Shown piece by piece: positions 43,746 through 57,150 of a DNA stretch of 64,000 nucleotides. The notes below the pieces were generated by a model, which did no database searches, was not told the DNA's origin, and worked only from the letters and a program-made list of their open reading frames with translations. The DNA is from Tubiluchus corallicola (taxonomy: Eukaryota > Animalia > Priapulida). A program made the position numbers and the translations under genes. Numbering within the stretch: the first letter of the stretch is position 1; every line of letters begins with the position of its first letter. The DNA is taken from NCBI GenBank assembly GCA_030141605.1, contig JAQGDQ010000434.1:124001-188000 (forward strand), in the 5' to 3' direction.

Positions 43746-46700
43746 TGTTTGAAACAAAAAAAATCACAGGGTTCACAATTTCCGACGTCACAAAAAAGTG
43801 CCTACAAGTTTGTGCAAAAGCTTCTATTTAAATGTATTTAATAAATAATAATATCATGTTTTTTATAATACCAAAGTAAGTCTAATAATGCATTAAGGAA
43901 AATTTTATTTACGGTGCAGACACTAAGTTGATGAGATCATTATTTACACTCTGATTAATCATGTTCTAATAACAAAAGTGAGGCGTTATTAAGCGTAATT
44001 ATATAAACTAAGCTGTAAGGATATATTACTATGTAATAAGTGTGTATTTAAAAGTGTTTATGTGAATCAATTTACATTGAGTCTGTATGGCCTCATCAAA
44101 ATTTTGATCAGTATAACTATGGCTTATTGCCTACAGATAAACCTAATTAATAACAAATCATTTCAGGTAATTTTGTTTTTTTACTGTGAACAGAAATTTT
44201 TAATTTTGTACAAGTATTAATTGGAACTTGATCGAGCAACATTGTAGATTTCATAAATATATTTTAATGTGTGGTCACTATGTAGTAATCATGGTCCTGA
44301 AAATTTGTAATAAATTCATAATTTTAGACAAGTGTTGTCAAAGCTGTTGTCTGACTGTACAATTGAAATGACGTTATCATGGCTTGTGGCCATTCACAGA
44401 ATTAAATGAATATTTGGCTGGTTGGTACAGGTTGAAAGTATCGTTAGACAAGTTGCACCTTCTTTGTAATCCTTTATGAAAGGCATCATTGTTGTGAAAT
44501 ATAACAGTATGAGATTTGTAATCATACTTTTCAAAAACATCTTTGTGAAAAGTGAAAGCAGATTTATGGTTAAAGAATCTACTTATACCAAACACTCAGG
44601 TACACGATTTGCAAATTACAATTTCATTTACAATGGCTTACCAGTGTTTGGTATTTTTTTCAAGTATTTGCAATTACATGACAGCTACTCATGTCTACTG
44701 CACAAAACATGTATAACTACGCAGAGTAACGTTAGTTAAACTTTTGTAATGTGGGACGTTGTGATGAGACTGGTATTACAACGGCAAACCCGTAAAGCAA
44801 GACTCTTAACATTCCCTTTACAATTTTGTGTTTTAAAAATTCGTTTATTGAGCACAAAGGCAGGTTTTACCACCAGAAGTCAACATCATTATATTTGGAG
44901 TCACATGGAGTATTCAAATCTAGATGGTATACAATACTTTATTATGAGGTCCCCTGATTGGTCAATCAGTCATCCATCTCAATTCGAGTTGAAGTTAGTG
45001 ATATGGAAAGCACTAGCTTTTTAATGCTTAGCATGGGGTAACTTTGGCGTAAGATAACGGTCAGGTCAAAGGTACCACAGCACATCCAGAGCAACACCAA
45101 ACGAGTATAAAACATAATAGCTGCATACTTATGGTAGGTGTAAAGGGAGGATTTGAATCAGCTCGATGCTAAGCAAACTAGGGGGGAGAAAGAGAAAAGG
45201 AGTATCTAGGATTCAAGCAGTTGCAACTATAGTGTCATAGAGACAGATTTTCTCCAGCAAAATGTTGGGTTTAGATGCTAGTTAGCTGCATGGACTTTTT
45301 AGCACTTAATTTCCAAATATTCCATAAAGAAACAGCACACGTGCACACAGCGCAGAAAATATGCACTGAAGTTTACACTATTGTAGTCTTAAAAACAAGT
45401 TCTACATAGTTGAAATTTCACAACATGATATAACAATATATTAGCTTTCGGTTGTGAAAACTACAAGTTTAATAAATCATAGTTTTAGTACTTTTAAAGT
45501 AGTAAAGTTACAGCCAAAAAGCTTTTAAATGTTTAAAAATTGCCGGAACATTATGTCAGCTAATCATCAATTGAAAAACAGCCATTAACATATAAAACAC
45601 ACAATACAGGGCAGCAATTGAGAAATCAAGCAGCTTACAACCTGGTCTTCACCACAGAAAAATATAACACTGATAAAGATTTATTGCCAAAAAAAACGAG
45701 ACAATCCTCTGGGCTGCCTACGGTATCAGGAATTCCCTTACAGACAAAGTGTACGACGGCCGCACAGAACCGTTTGATGCTGAGGAACTAAAGCCGAAAA
45801 TTTTAAAAAATGAGAAACTGGATATTGGTTATTGCCCTTCGCCTAGTTTGCATTAAAAATGGTGGACACATATAGCGCACTTAATTATTGTAATTTTAAC
45901 AATGGTAAAAGATTTTTCCGGAGCTTATTTTTTGGCTTGTTGATTTAAAGCTTCTGTATCTTTGGAAAAATCTAAAGAAATGACCTGAAATTTTTGGTGT
46001 TTATACAAAAGCATCCGTAACATCGGCATAATTTTTGACCGATTCCCTTATTTCTTCTTACAATTAATATCCTAATCAAAACATAATCAATAATCGGCAT
46101 ATTTTTGCCACACGATATGTATGTATCATGTATGTGTACATACATAATAGTCCTTGTTTGAAACTTTTTGAAAGTTTTTTCGTTACAGAGATGAAGCTGC
46201 AACATTTTCTTGATGTTTTCTTTAGTAACTACTAAGACACTGACGCAATGAAAGTACACGAAAACACTCATAAATAAAGCTTAAATAACTCGTCGAAATT
46301 TTGTACCACTTACATGCTTTCTTGTTGCGCACAGCGCTTGCGTTATTAGTAACGCCGTATAAAACGTGTAAATTTTCGCAGCCATTTTAACGCTGTCGTT
46401 TAAAACAAGTTTAAACATTTGAAAAAATAATCAGAGCTTGAACTGTACAATGTGACTGTGTTTTAGTTTATGATTTTACGATGGATCTGTCTCTATTTTC
46501 CTATTACTCTTTATATTTTGTATATTAAAATCGCAATTTTATACGTATTGGTTTTCTGCATAATGGAACGATGTTAAATGTTAAGTACGACTTACTTCGT
46601 TTGCAGTACTTAGCACATGTTTGCAATGGTGCATAGAACGACTCAACGCGTCATGCACAGGACTATTTCTAGGTCTATTTGTGCATTTCCACGATGTGAA

Positions 46701-47843
46701 AGCGATTCTTTTCATCATAATGTAAATTTTTAATTTTGTCATTCCAATTGCTAGAAAAAATTCTTTAGAACGTTGGCCTAACTGAGATGTATCACGGATG
46801 CATGTTACGTTACCTACAGGCATTCTGAGGGCAACGATAATTTGGTTGTAAAAAGAAGTAATTTCAAGATGATGCGCATGGTTAGATGAAAAGTTCCCGA
46901 ATACGGAAAGAAACTGAAATTTCTCGCAAAAAATATGTATGATAATAGAAATATTGTCGTTCAATTTTGTACGGTCTCAGCAAATTCTCACTTGGTTAAA
47001 TTTCATCAGTTTCTAGTTCAGGGGCGCCCGGCAGCAAATTACAGGGGCGGGGCAGCATTTTTGAATTGGGCACATTTTGTTTACCCATATTTCTAATGAC
47101 GATATAACTTATATATAAGGGTATATCTAAGGCACCCCAAATGTCTTCTGCCTCTCACATATTCCTTTTGAAATGAATAAAAAATGAATAATACACAGAT
47201 GCACGTTTTCATGTAGACTTCTATTTTGATAATTCCAACTAAAAATGGCAGCTTGATAAATTAAGCACAAACACATGTTCTCGTAAACTCTTCGTGGTAA
47301 TCGTGGATAACCACACATTTTCCATCAAAAAGGCAAATGCTCCCCTTAGGAAAGGGCAAGCGGGCCGCATCATTCTAACAAGCAAAAGTATTCTCTTGGC
47401 TTGGGCCCCCAGGCAATTTAAATTTATTTTTATTACGTAAACATGGTAGCTTAATTATGACATACACACAAAAATTTCACTGATTTTTTTGGGTTAGCAA
47501 ATGTAGGTCTGCAGACTGCAAATGGTGGACAGGTGATTGAACCCAGTCTATTTCTGTCTGAGCACTGTTTTGCTTTGTTACGGGATCTATTTGCATGTTG
47601 CTGATCATTTTATGTGAATTGCAACATAACTAATCAAGATGTTTTGTTAAAGTGTTAAACAAACCGACTATAATAGGATCACTATTTAAACAATGTACAT
47701 AGATTCTATTTTTAAAATGTGAAAAGTAAATAGTTGTTGAAATTGTTTGACACGTCAGCGGCTTTTTGTATCATCGTGAGGTGAATGGTGTCGCGAACTT
47801 TCTAGAAATCGGTGGCCTTTTCTTCTGCACTAAATTATGCAAC

Positions 47844-49592
47844 ATGATTGTAGAAAACAGGCAAGTGAAACTGCCAGTGTTGGCGGAAAAAATTCGTCAA
47901 GAGTGTGGAATTCACGATAAATTTACTCAAGGTCAGAGTTGCGAAGAATCTGGCTCTTGCGTTTGTGTTCACTTGATTAATGAAGGGATTCCGGACAAAC
48001 GTGGTGCTTGTCAGAGTTTAACGATATGTAACCTAAGTGGGAATCACATTGAGTCTTTTGCGCCATTACTGTACTGCGAAAATTTGATGAAATTGGATTT
48101 ACATAGCAACGATATTTCTGAATTGCCCAGTACAGACACGTGGTCGTCACTGGCCCGCTTGAAACTTCTTCTTTTGCACAACAATATGTTAAGTTCGGAA
48201 GTACAGGTAATGAAACTTTATGGGTGTCGGTCACTTACGGCTCTTACTTTATATGACTGCCCTTTAAGTTTGAGAGAAAACTACAGACTTCGTGTACTTA
48301 GGTATTTGTCTTGCTTAGAGGCTCTGGATCACCACGTTGTGTCTGACGAAGAGGTGACAGCTTGCATTAGCATCAAACCTGGTTCAAAGTTTACAGGTTT
48401 GAGTAGCACGTTAAGGGTAAATTTGACCAGCGGCACGTTTGTTGAAACGGGCTTAATGAACGAATATGCAATATTATGCTCGATAATGAAAAATATAAAC
48501 AACATACGAGCTCACACCAGCCCCATAATTATTGTACAAAAGTTCATTAGAGGCTATCTGACGAGAAAGCACCACAAGGAAGAGAAATTTCGAAAAACCA
48601 GTGCTGCAGTTATTATCCAGCGATTCTACAGACAAGTCCTTGATAGGCGCAATCTAATCCGTAAAAAAAGCAGAAAACCATCTGCCCGTCGCCGCTTAGC
48701 TAGGCTTGGTCAACCTATATGCATAGATGTAAGCAGCCTAAAATTACGAATGGAAAAATTACATCCTGAATATTTGCAGCTACCCGTTGTCACAATTAGC
48801 ACATGTATACCAGAGACAGGAGAGCATACAGTGCATTCCAGGTCAAGCTGCACCCCCCGGCCTGCGATGCGATTTTGCCCCTTGCATATACTATCACACG
48901 TAGAAGAAAAACAACTACTCGAACCTAAGAAGTTGCCCCTATACTTCCAAAAATTGCTCATAAAGGGTCCCGATAGTAGTGGAGTTTCTTCGAAAACAAC
49001 TCATGGACAAAAACGGCGAATTGCATTAGAAAAGAGACTCCAGGTCGAAGGTCATGGACTTGACTTAGATTGGAAATGTCGACAAAAGAGTAAGAGCTTA
49101 GGAGATCTGAAATGTTCTTACCATGGGCAAGGAAGCGATGTCCGAGAGCGCAGAAAAGCAGAAGCAAAGAAGTATACAGAACAAGTTCGAAATGAGCTAA
49201 AAGAGGGTCGTCAACTGATGCATGATCTTTGTGTTGCAAGAAAGAAGCTTGCTATAAAGAAAAATATAGATGACAGCAATGAACTTTATAAAGCAATTGC
49301 ACAAAGAAAACTAGAGGATCTACAGCAGGTTCAAGATATGACTACAGCGCAGAAAGTAAAAACGTTTGAATTGAACCAGAAATTAAATGAAATGAGGGGA
49401 ATATCTTCCAACTTTCGGAGGCAGTGCAATGCTGTTGCAAGTGCTGTCAACTGGCACGAGCGTAAGCGTATTCTGGAAGAAGTGAGAAAGAATAAGACTA
49501 GCACTGTCAAAGACAGACACAAGAAAGAACGAGAGAGCAGACAATTATTAAAGTCTAACATGAACATACGAAGTCAAGTTAGATACTTCTGA
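47844..49592 (+). CDS. LRRIQ3: Leucine-rich repeat and IQ domain protein 3-like, ~582 aa from ATG 47844, single exon
   Basis: LRRs (CNLSGNHIESFAPLLYCENLMKLDLHSNDISELP...W..L..LKLLLLHNN), LRR cap (DCPLSLRENYR...LEALDHHVVSDEE), two IQ motifs (IVQKFIRGYLTRK, IIQRFYRQ) and a basic coiled-coil C-terminus; matches recalled LRRIQ3 architecture. Confidence 0.8.
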   Translation: MIVENRQVKLPVLAEKIRQECGIHDKFTQGQSCEESGSCVCVHLINEGIPDKRGACQSLTICNLSGNHIESFAPLLYCENLMKLDLHSNDISELPSTDTWSSLARLKLLLLHNNMLSSEVQVMKLYGCRSLTALTLYDCPLSLRENYRLRVLRYLSCLEALDHHVVSDEEVTACISIKPGSKFTGLSSTLRVNLTSGTFVETGLMNEYAILCSIMKNINNIRAHTSPIIIVQKFIRGYLTRKHHKEEKFRKTSAAVIIQRFYRQVLDRRNLIRKKSRKPSARRRLARLGQPICIDVSSLKLRMEKLHPEYLQLPVVTISTCIPETGEHTVHSRSSCTPRPAMRFCPLHILSHVEEKQLLEPKKLPLYFQKLLIKGPDSSGVSSKTTHGQKRRIALEKRLQVEGHGLDLDWKCRQKSKSLGDLKCSYHGQGSDVRERRKAEAKKYTEQVRNELKEGRQLMHDLCVARKKLAIKKNIDDSNELYKAIAQRKLEDLQQVQDMTTAQKVKTFELNQKLNEMRGISSNFRRQCNAVASAVNWHERKRILEEVRKNKTSTVKDRHKKERESRQLLKSNMNIRSQVRYF

Positions 49593-50034
49593 CAAGGGTT
49601 GTTGTCATGCCATCTAAAAAAGGAGCATGCACATATAATACAACTGTGATATTTTTTAAATTGCTGACAACTTGTGTCATAGTTAATAATTTATCAATTT
49701 TCTTTTCCTAGATATATAACATAAATATACCTTGCGCCAAGTGGCTAGTTACTATCGTAGCAATATGCATGAAGCTAGTTATACATTAAATTTCACAATG
49801 TTGCATACACATCTAAATATCACTGGTAAAATCAAATTATTTTTGCTAAAAATTGAAATTATTGCTGTTTTGCCTTGGTTTTTTACTTTGTATTTCACAA
49901 ATTTTAGTACGTATTTGTGCAGCTCAGCGGAAGCGGTAGGCCTACTAGTTTAAAAATAGGCATTTGGATGGCACGATATAAGGGAATAAATTTTAAAAAA
50001 ATCGCTGTCATCTTTCCAAGTTGTTTGTCCCTTT

Positions 50035-50100
50035 TTCACCCCTGGAACAAATTGCCAACTGCAACAGTTGATGCACCATCATGTTTAAGAAAGGACCGAA
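50035..50100 (+). mobile_element. Tiny CR1-like LINE C-terminal remnant
   Basis: WNKLPTATVDAPS resembles the WNxLPxxVVxAxS end of CR1/L2 ORF2. Confidence 0.4.
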
Positions 50101-50512
50101 ATCAGGTTCAACTGCTAGATCCCAATGGGTTTGAATTTTAAAATTGAGGTAAAATTATCATTATGCTGATCGACGTGCGTGCGTACATTTTAAAGTCTTC
50201 TACACTGTTGCGTTGCATAGTTAACAGCGTTCTCTACAAAATTATATAGTAAATAGAGACAGCTCACTACATATAGTTAAATTAAGGAGCATTTTGTACA
50301 ACAAAATAAAGAAAATAAAGTAGTCGCTTGTTAAACGCACATGTATTGCACGATCACCACAGATCCACTGCAATTAAGATTGTGGTAAACATATGAAAAT
50401 AATGTGCGCTTTTGACTGTACCAGATGACATCAAGATAAGGCTGAACACTTTCCAAGCAAGACAGGCTTTTGCAATTACATTTTAGGCATCAGTTTGTAT
50501 TAATCCAACATT

Positions 50513-50515
<3 letters not shown>

Positions 50516-50611
<96 letters not shown>

Positions 50612-50645
50612 ATATTATTTTATATATATATATATATATATATAT
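50516..50645. repeat. (TC)n followed by (TA)n microsatellite
   Basis: Visible dinucleotide runs. Confidence 0.98.
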
Positions 50646-51149
50646 TACACTATTGAATCAAAAAAAAATTAATTAAAAGTGATGCAAGCCTAAAATTATG
50701 GATTTGAATGATTCCTCACTTCAACAGCACGTGCTCTTTATCATTAATTTACAATGTTTGAAACGAATTTAGCTGTGATTTCTGTGTACAAATATTTAAT
50801 TAATAGTGTTTTTACTGCAGAATGAAATCAACCCAATAAATATTTCCCAGTAAGTTAGTAACTGCATTAAATTTGTAGCTTTGTTTTCAGTACTGTAGTT
50901 ATATGACTGCATATTGATCATTTGAGTTTTTGTGATCATTTGCATTTACGCAACTACAGTGAATAAAGCTTGAATTTAATTAGCTGCAGCAACTAATTGT
51001 TACCAATTTACCATGGCTCCCTAGCATGCCCTTTTCAACATACACTAGGATTGTGCAACTCGTAGTAGAAGATAATAATTAATTTACACTGTGAAAGGGA
51101 GAAGATTTCGTTTATTGATTGACATTCAGCATGATATGTGAACTATCGG

Positions 51150-51950
51150 CCAAACAAAAACAATTGAAAGATAAAATTCATCAATGTAAGAGTGTAAATG
51201 AAATTGCTAAACTAAAATAGGGTAGAAACAGTGTATTAAGGCAAATTCATGACCGGATGAAAGTTACAGAAGAAATACAAGTCTTAGCAGCCGAAAAAAG
51301 ATTAATATCATCATTACAAAACTAGAGCTTTACAAAATCTTGAACCAAAGAAAAATAATGGTGAAATATTAACTGATTCAGCAAGACAAGCTAAAGAGAT
51401 AGTCAAGCGGTGTAGCAGAGTTTTTCATGACGCATTGGTAGAAAAAGTAAAGCAAACGTTGGTAGAACCATATGGAATAACCATACCTTTTACTGCTGGA
51501 GAAGTATATGCTACCGTACAGAGTCTTTACAGAACAATAAAAGTCCGAACTACTGGAACACAGTCTGTAGGGACTTTATGAAGTCTTAGCACATATGCAA
51601 AGTTACGCTGCCAAAATTGAAATGTTGCTTATACAGATCAGTATTGTAAATAAAATGGCCAAAAGTTATAAGTAAGTTCCTCGATAAAATCAGTGAAGAA
51701 AAATGGATCTAGAAGATAAAATGCAGAAGACTTAATGAGGTGGTCATGCTCTGAGATTACCAGAGGACAGTCCACCTATTAAAGTTTTCAGTGAATCATT
51801 TCAATCATCAAAAAAGGCCAAGGGGTGGTAGAGTGCTCTAAGACATGGATGGATTTCACACGAAAAGACCTCCATGAAACATATCTAATTTTGAAATCTA
51901 TTTCATTGTGGAGATTAGCAAAAGAATGTACAATATGATGGTAGAAGGTG
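51150..51950 (+). mobile_element. Heavily decayed RTE-like LINE ORF2 remnant (stops, frameshifts, RT core missing)
   Basis: Manual translation gives PFTAGEVYATVQSL..NNKSP (~51485-51550), then IKWPKVIS...EKW.*KIKCRRL, GHALRLPEDSP, K(R)PRG, KTWMDFTRKDL and WRLAK, the usual RTE C-terminal motif series. Confidence 0.7.
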
Positions 51951-53424
51951 GACAGTGTAATGTCTTTCAATGAGTGATATATATATACAATGTGCACCGC
52001 TTAATAGACTTACGGCTAATAGACTCAATCAATTTGATTGGCTCAAAAACGCTTGGTATGGGCGGTTTTTATTCTAATATAGATAAAAAGTGTTAGTAAT
52101 TGACTCAAATAACTCTGCATAATTGACTCGATATTTTTGCTTCACATGCTTCAATAAGACACTTTCCTGTGACTGATAAGCTTTTACGACTTTTATATCA
52201 TTTTAGTTTACTTTTGTCCTGTACTATACACAGAAACAATCATGTTAAGTACCGTTTGTTTGTAAGCAGGGCCGTTTATGATACACTAATGTGCTGGCCT
52301 GTTGTTTGCTTTGACCCACCCGTCCACTGCAATTAACCTTGTTCCCTAAGAATTCCTGGAAGCTGAACATTTAATCACTTGCTTAGTGGTTTGCTTTTGA
52401 AGCACTGGCTGTCTTTGCCAGAAAGTTTAATCAGTTAGCTGTTGCTGTTTGCCACTGAGGCATGTACAGTACAGCAAGTACGTCACAATATCAAGCGGCA
52501 GCGTAGGTGAAACTACAGATGAAGCTACTTGCCGGGAAACACGGGCACCACCAACAGTTTAAGCATGCCAAGCGCTAAGTGTTTTACGAAAATACGTGCA
52601 TCATACAACTAAAGAGCCATCTTCTTTGCGATGAAATGAAACAGTCGACTTTGAAGGAATTTTTGTAATTTTTGCAAATAAACAGACTTGTGTGATTTAG
52701 AAAAGTGTAATTTTTAATTTATTGCCAATTCACTTATCTAAATTAATATTTTAAAATATATATTTTTAAATTTATAACTGCACAAATGAATTTAGGCATT
52801 ACTTCGTTTTTAAAATTCATTAAAAACCTTTGCAGAGCATAGTAAGCTGGTGACTCACACTTCTATACCAGTAATACTACACCCATCAGTTAATAGGTTC
52901 AGTCGGTTAATTGGGTGAAAACACTTCGGTCCCAAAGTGAGTCTATTTAGCGGCACCTACTGTGTATATATATATATTCTTCTCTTGCATTTGAAGAAAA
53001 GCGTAAAGGTAGGACTCCATGTACACATTATGCATGATGATGCTGTGATCCGTAATGCTTCATATTTATTCGCTTTTTCTGAGTGCCGGAGAACATATAT
53101 ACATTTACAAAGCTCATGGTGCTCTTTCTGCCATTTTTGGTTGTTGCTCGTGAAAACTAGAAGTGATAATATTTGGAAGTCATGCCTTCTCAGGGTTTTA
53201 ACTCGATAGTTACTGTGGTGGCATTAGCTTATTATTGTCAGGTAGAAGTCTGGTTCCGGATCTGAACTTTTTTGCCTTATAGGTCATATATCGCAACTCA
53301 AATTTTTATCTTTAAAGATATGGCATAAGAAACCAAGTTTTTTGCCTTGAAGATAAGGCATTGGAGTTGAAGTGTTGTAGCTTAAGCGGGCCTGCATGAG
53401 ACTAGGATAACTCTAAGGCACTGA

Positions 53425-53545
53425 CTAATAGTACGGGATCTGTTTCCGAAAAAGCAGTAAGGCCTTAAAAGATATGGATCCATGTCCGGAAATTCATTAA
53501 CTAGAAAATACGGATCAGTATCTGAAGGGTAGTGAATAGAAGAAC
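53425..53545. repeat. Degenerate ~37-40-bp tandem repeat; related unit at ~40765-40805
   Basis: tacgggatctgtttccgaa / tatggatccatgtccggaa / tacggatcagtatctgaag; compare agtatggatccatgtctgtgagggcaatgactagga at ~40767. Confidence 0.5.
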
Positions 53546-53715
53546 AATTAGTGCCATTTTTGCAATGACAAATTCAGTGTCAGTATTAGGCAGCGTGACT
53601 GTAACTTACTGTTTGACTCTACACTCTACAGATTTCTTAAGTATACATACAAATGACGATTACTTGTGACTCTTTAATATGGTAATTTAATTTTTTTTAG
53701 ATTCTAGGTATTATA

Positions 53716-55602
53716 ATGCATCCAGATTTGTCACCTCATTTACATACCGAAGAGTGCAATATTCTGATACTACAGTTAAAACAATGTCACATTGAGGTAA
53801 GTTAGTTATAAAAACAAGTAAGAATCGTCGGTTTGCAGCTAAATAAATTACAGCAGATATTGTGTTTTAAAATGTGAATTAAGTTTGTTTTCAAACATCT
53901 AAAGTATGAAAACTGGCCGGTCATAAGTTTTACATAAAAAGTGTTTTATATGCTTTGCATGAAAAGACATTAGGTACTTGTGAACCAATGCTGTCTTTAT
54001 TTTTTTACTGTATGTGTTTTTTGTATAATGTGTAATAAATATTATGCAGCTACAGAATTGGAAAAGTGTAATCTGTTTAACATAATTTAACCTAATCATA
54101 TTCTTTTCACAGAACAAATATAAGAAATATATGGGAGCGTGTAACAATCTTAAGCGTGCTATGGATGCCTGTTTGAAAAATGAGGTAAATTTGTAGAAAC
54201 ATATATATAAGTTGTATAAGAAACAGTTGGGATTCCCTTCAGTTGCAGTTTTACCTGTGCATGGCTCCTGGTACAACACGTCAACTGCAAACCATTTTAT
54301 CTACATTTTCTTGAACACTATCAATTTTACTATTTTTACATACAGCTCTAGGATCACGTATAAATAATGTAAATACAGTCAGACCTCTTTGTAGTGCCTA
54401 CTTTGGCATTGTGGCAAGTTTAGCATTATGAGGTGAAATAATACATACATGTCTATGCAAATACAGACATTTTGTGTTGCTAAAATTTGAGCATTAAGCG
54501 AGGTTGACATTATAAAGAGGGGCGCTATAAGTTACAATGCAGTTTGACTGTATCTAAAGCAAATTTGTGAAAGTGGAGATTTTACAATTATTGCTGGTGC
54601 ATCTTTGTCTATATTTTGCTTTTACTTCTAAATATACAATCTTCAGTTGAATGGAAAGCTGTTTAGAAGGGTGTAAAGCTCAGTAATCAACCTTTGTTGC
54701 AGTTTTTATGCTTGCTTCTTCTGAGTTTTTATCAAACGTGTTCAATTTCTAAAGTGGCCATAAGTAGCAAACATCTGTATTGTATACATTTCTACATGTA
54801 GGCCTACTTACAGCTTACCAGTTAATTTCAGCTTAATTTTCCACTTGTCAGTAATTGTGCACATATTCTTACCTAACTCACTTGAACAACAGTCATTGAG
54901 ATTCTAGGATCCTGCAAAGAGTATAAAAAGTGAAAAACTAGAGTTAGTTTCACTAAAACTAAATCATTTCCTATGAACAAGCTATTTGCTAGTTTGATGT
55001 TTATTGCACATGCTATTTTTGTGGCGAGCGTTAGCAAAGTTTTTAATAGAATAGTTATTTTCTTTATTTCTTCTCAGTTGACTAATGTTTGTTAAACGAA
55101 ATACTTGTATGCATATGTACTCGCATGTTCGAAATAAAACTACGTTAATAATAATAGTAGGATCAATTCTGGAATTTAACATTGATGCTTTCTTGTATGA
55201 GATATGTTTACTGTTTAGTTTGTCTTTATTTTTTTTCATAATTGGCAAAAGCATGGCATCAGCCCCATACCAACTTAATCTGTAATACAGCAAAGCCGTC
55301 CATTCAATTCATTGACAAAAAATTGTATAGACATGAGCAAGTAATAATTACATTTGTTGGTCTGCCATGTTTGTACTGTAAACATGTTTTACTGTCTTTG
55401 TTTGCTTGTAAAACGTTGTGCCATAAACTTTTTAAAATTTATACTCCTCATATCATAACTCATTTATGTTTTTTGTTACTTTTTACCATTTCAGCTAGAA
55501 CGTAATAGACGTTTAAACAATGCAAAAGCTTTAGAGAAACGTCAAGAGACCTGGGACAGAATTAGATCTCGTCAAGCTTCTGCTGCTACCAAACCATCTT
55601 GA
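53716..55602 (+). CDS. CMC2: COX assembly mitochondrial protein 2 (twin CX9C), 86 aa. Exons 53716-53796, 54113-54184, 55495-55602
   Basis: [27 protein letters not shown]|[24 protein letters not shown]|LERNRR...; the N-terminus matches the CMC2 signature, with two CX9C motifs and canonical splice sites. Missed by the ORF track. Confidence 0.93.
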
Positions 55603-56870
55603 TGTGCCGATTACATTAGTTATAATGAATTTAGATGAAGTTATGTAAATAGTTTGCACTATGTGCTCTTTTAAATTTTATCTACACTCAGTCTTAAAAA
55701 TCGTTTATAAGTCGATTTTGTTTTAAAAATTGTGGATGATACTGCAATTGTACCACTTGGCTGCTTTGTAGGCTGTACTGCGTATGCAAAGATTTTAATA
55801 TATGAATTTATCTTTCAAACTGTTGTTTTTTCAATTTATGTGAACTTTGTCATTTAAAAGTAATGTAAACAACAACAGAATTTTCAATGTTGATTTTTCC
55901 AGGTGAGCTCGTGATACTACCTCACTTACCATAGTGAACTAGTGACCCGACTTTGTTCTTTTTTCTAGTTTTCAACATTTTTTCCTATTTTATACAGAAC
56001 AAGGTTAACAGCAGCACAGCTAAGGAGTTAATGCCCAGCATATCCTCCTTTTTAACCTCTATTTTTTAACAGCAGGTAAAGAAAGGTCATGACACCATGT
56101 TCCATTTTTTTTTGAAATTCGGCTTAACCCGGCTAGAAATTGAACATTTGTATTTGTTTGAAAACACTTTAGTTTTTGTTAGTTTAAAAATAATGCGAGT
56201 AGATGATGATGCTGAAAATAGTGCCGATTAGAGCATGTTTTGCGTTACCATGCACTGTCTAGTGCTGCCATCTACCGATAAATAACGCAGGGCATTTGCC
56301 ATCACATGGCTCAGTGGGACTGAGACTGTTGTGATCGTTTGCAGTATTCTAAAAATTTGTTACAGAACGTTGAAATTTGGATATGGGATATGAAATTCAT
56401 GGACAGTAACAAACAAAATGCAAATGCGTGCTGTATGTGAGGTCATTGCCCAGCCAGGGTTCGGGCAGGCTAAGCACAGACAGCTATTTTTTTGCCCTAA
56501 AAGAATAAGTTTTGCACTCAATGGCCCCTTTTTCCGATTTTACTTTTGTTCACAATCCAGATTTTTGACTTATAAAATTATGATGCCCTACGAGTGAGAG
56601 TATAAGCTAGTTGTTATTTATTGTTTAATACTTTTTGTGGTTCAACAAACGAACATAAGCAAATTGTGAACAACATTCTGTTTGTGATGGGACATAGTGA
56701 TGACGATGAGAGTGACGGTGATAATGATGACTTATTTCAATGCTGCAGTTCCTACTACAGTGATGTACAAGGGGTCTCTTGTGATTTTCATTCAACACAT
56801 TTGCCTGAGAACAATTAAACCAACACCATAATTGAAAAATGCAACTGCGACTTTTAATAGAAGATTCTGG

Positions 56871-57150
56871 ATAATAATAACAATAATAATAATTTAAAGT
56901 TGGCTTTTTAGATGAACAATTTAATAAAAAGTCCAATTAACATAAGCTCCAAAGAGCTTTTGAGCCGATTGTAAATAACAATCTACAGCTACATAATAGA
57001 GACTATTACCACCCCACTTTACCCTAAATACTACGCGCCAGGCAGGGCAACAGCATGTACCATTTTTAAAGTGTTTGGCATGACCCGGCTGCTGTATCCA
57101 ACTCACGACCTCTCAGAAGGAAAGCAGGCGCATTAACACTAGATTAAACC
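56871..57150 (-). mobile_element. tRNA-derived SINE (family B, Meta-domain-like), copy 1
   Basis: Minus strand has a tRNA-like head then gggtcatgccaaacactttaaaaatggtacatgctgttgccctgcctggcgcg; (ATT)n tail; homologous to 57830-58055. Confidence 0.75.

Noticed and set aside
47766-47843. ORF-track start of LRRIQ3-like at 47766
   Set aside because: It is a TTG start; the first ATG in good context (AACATGA) is at 47844.
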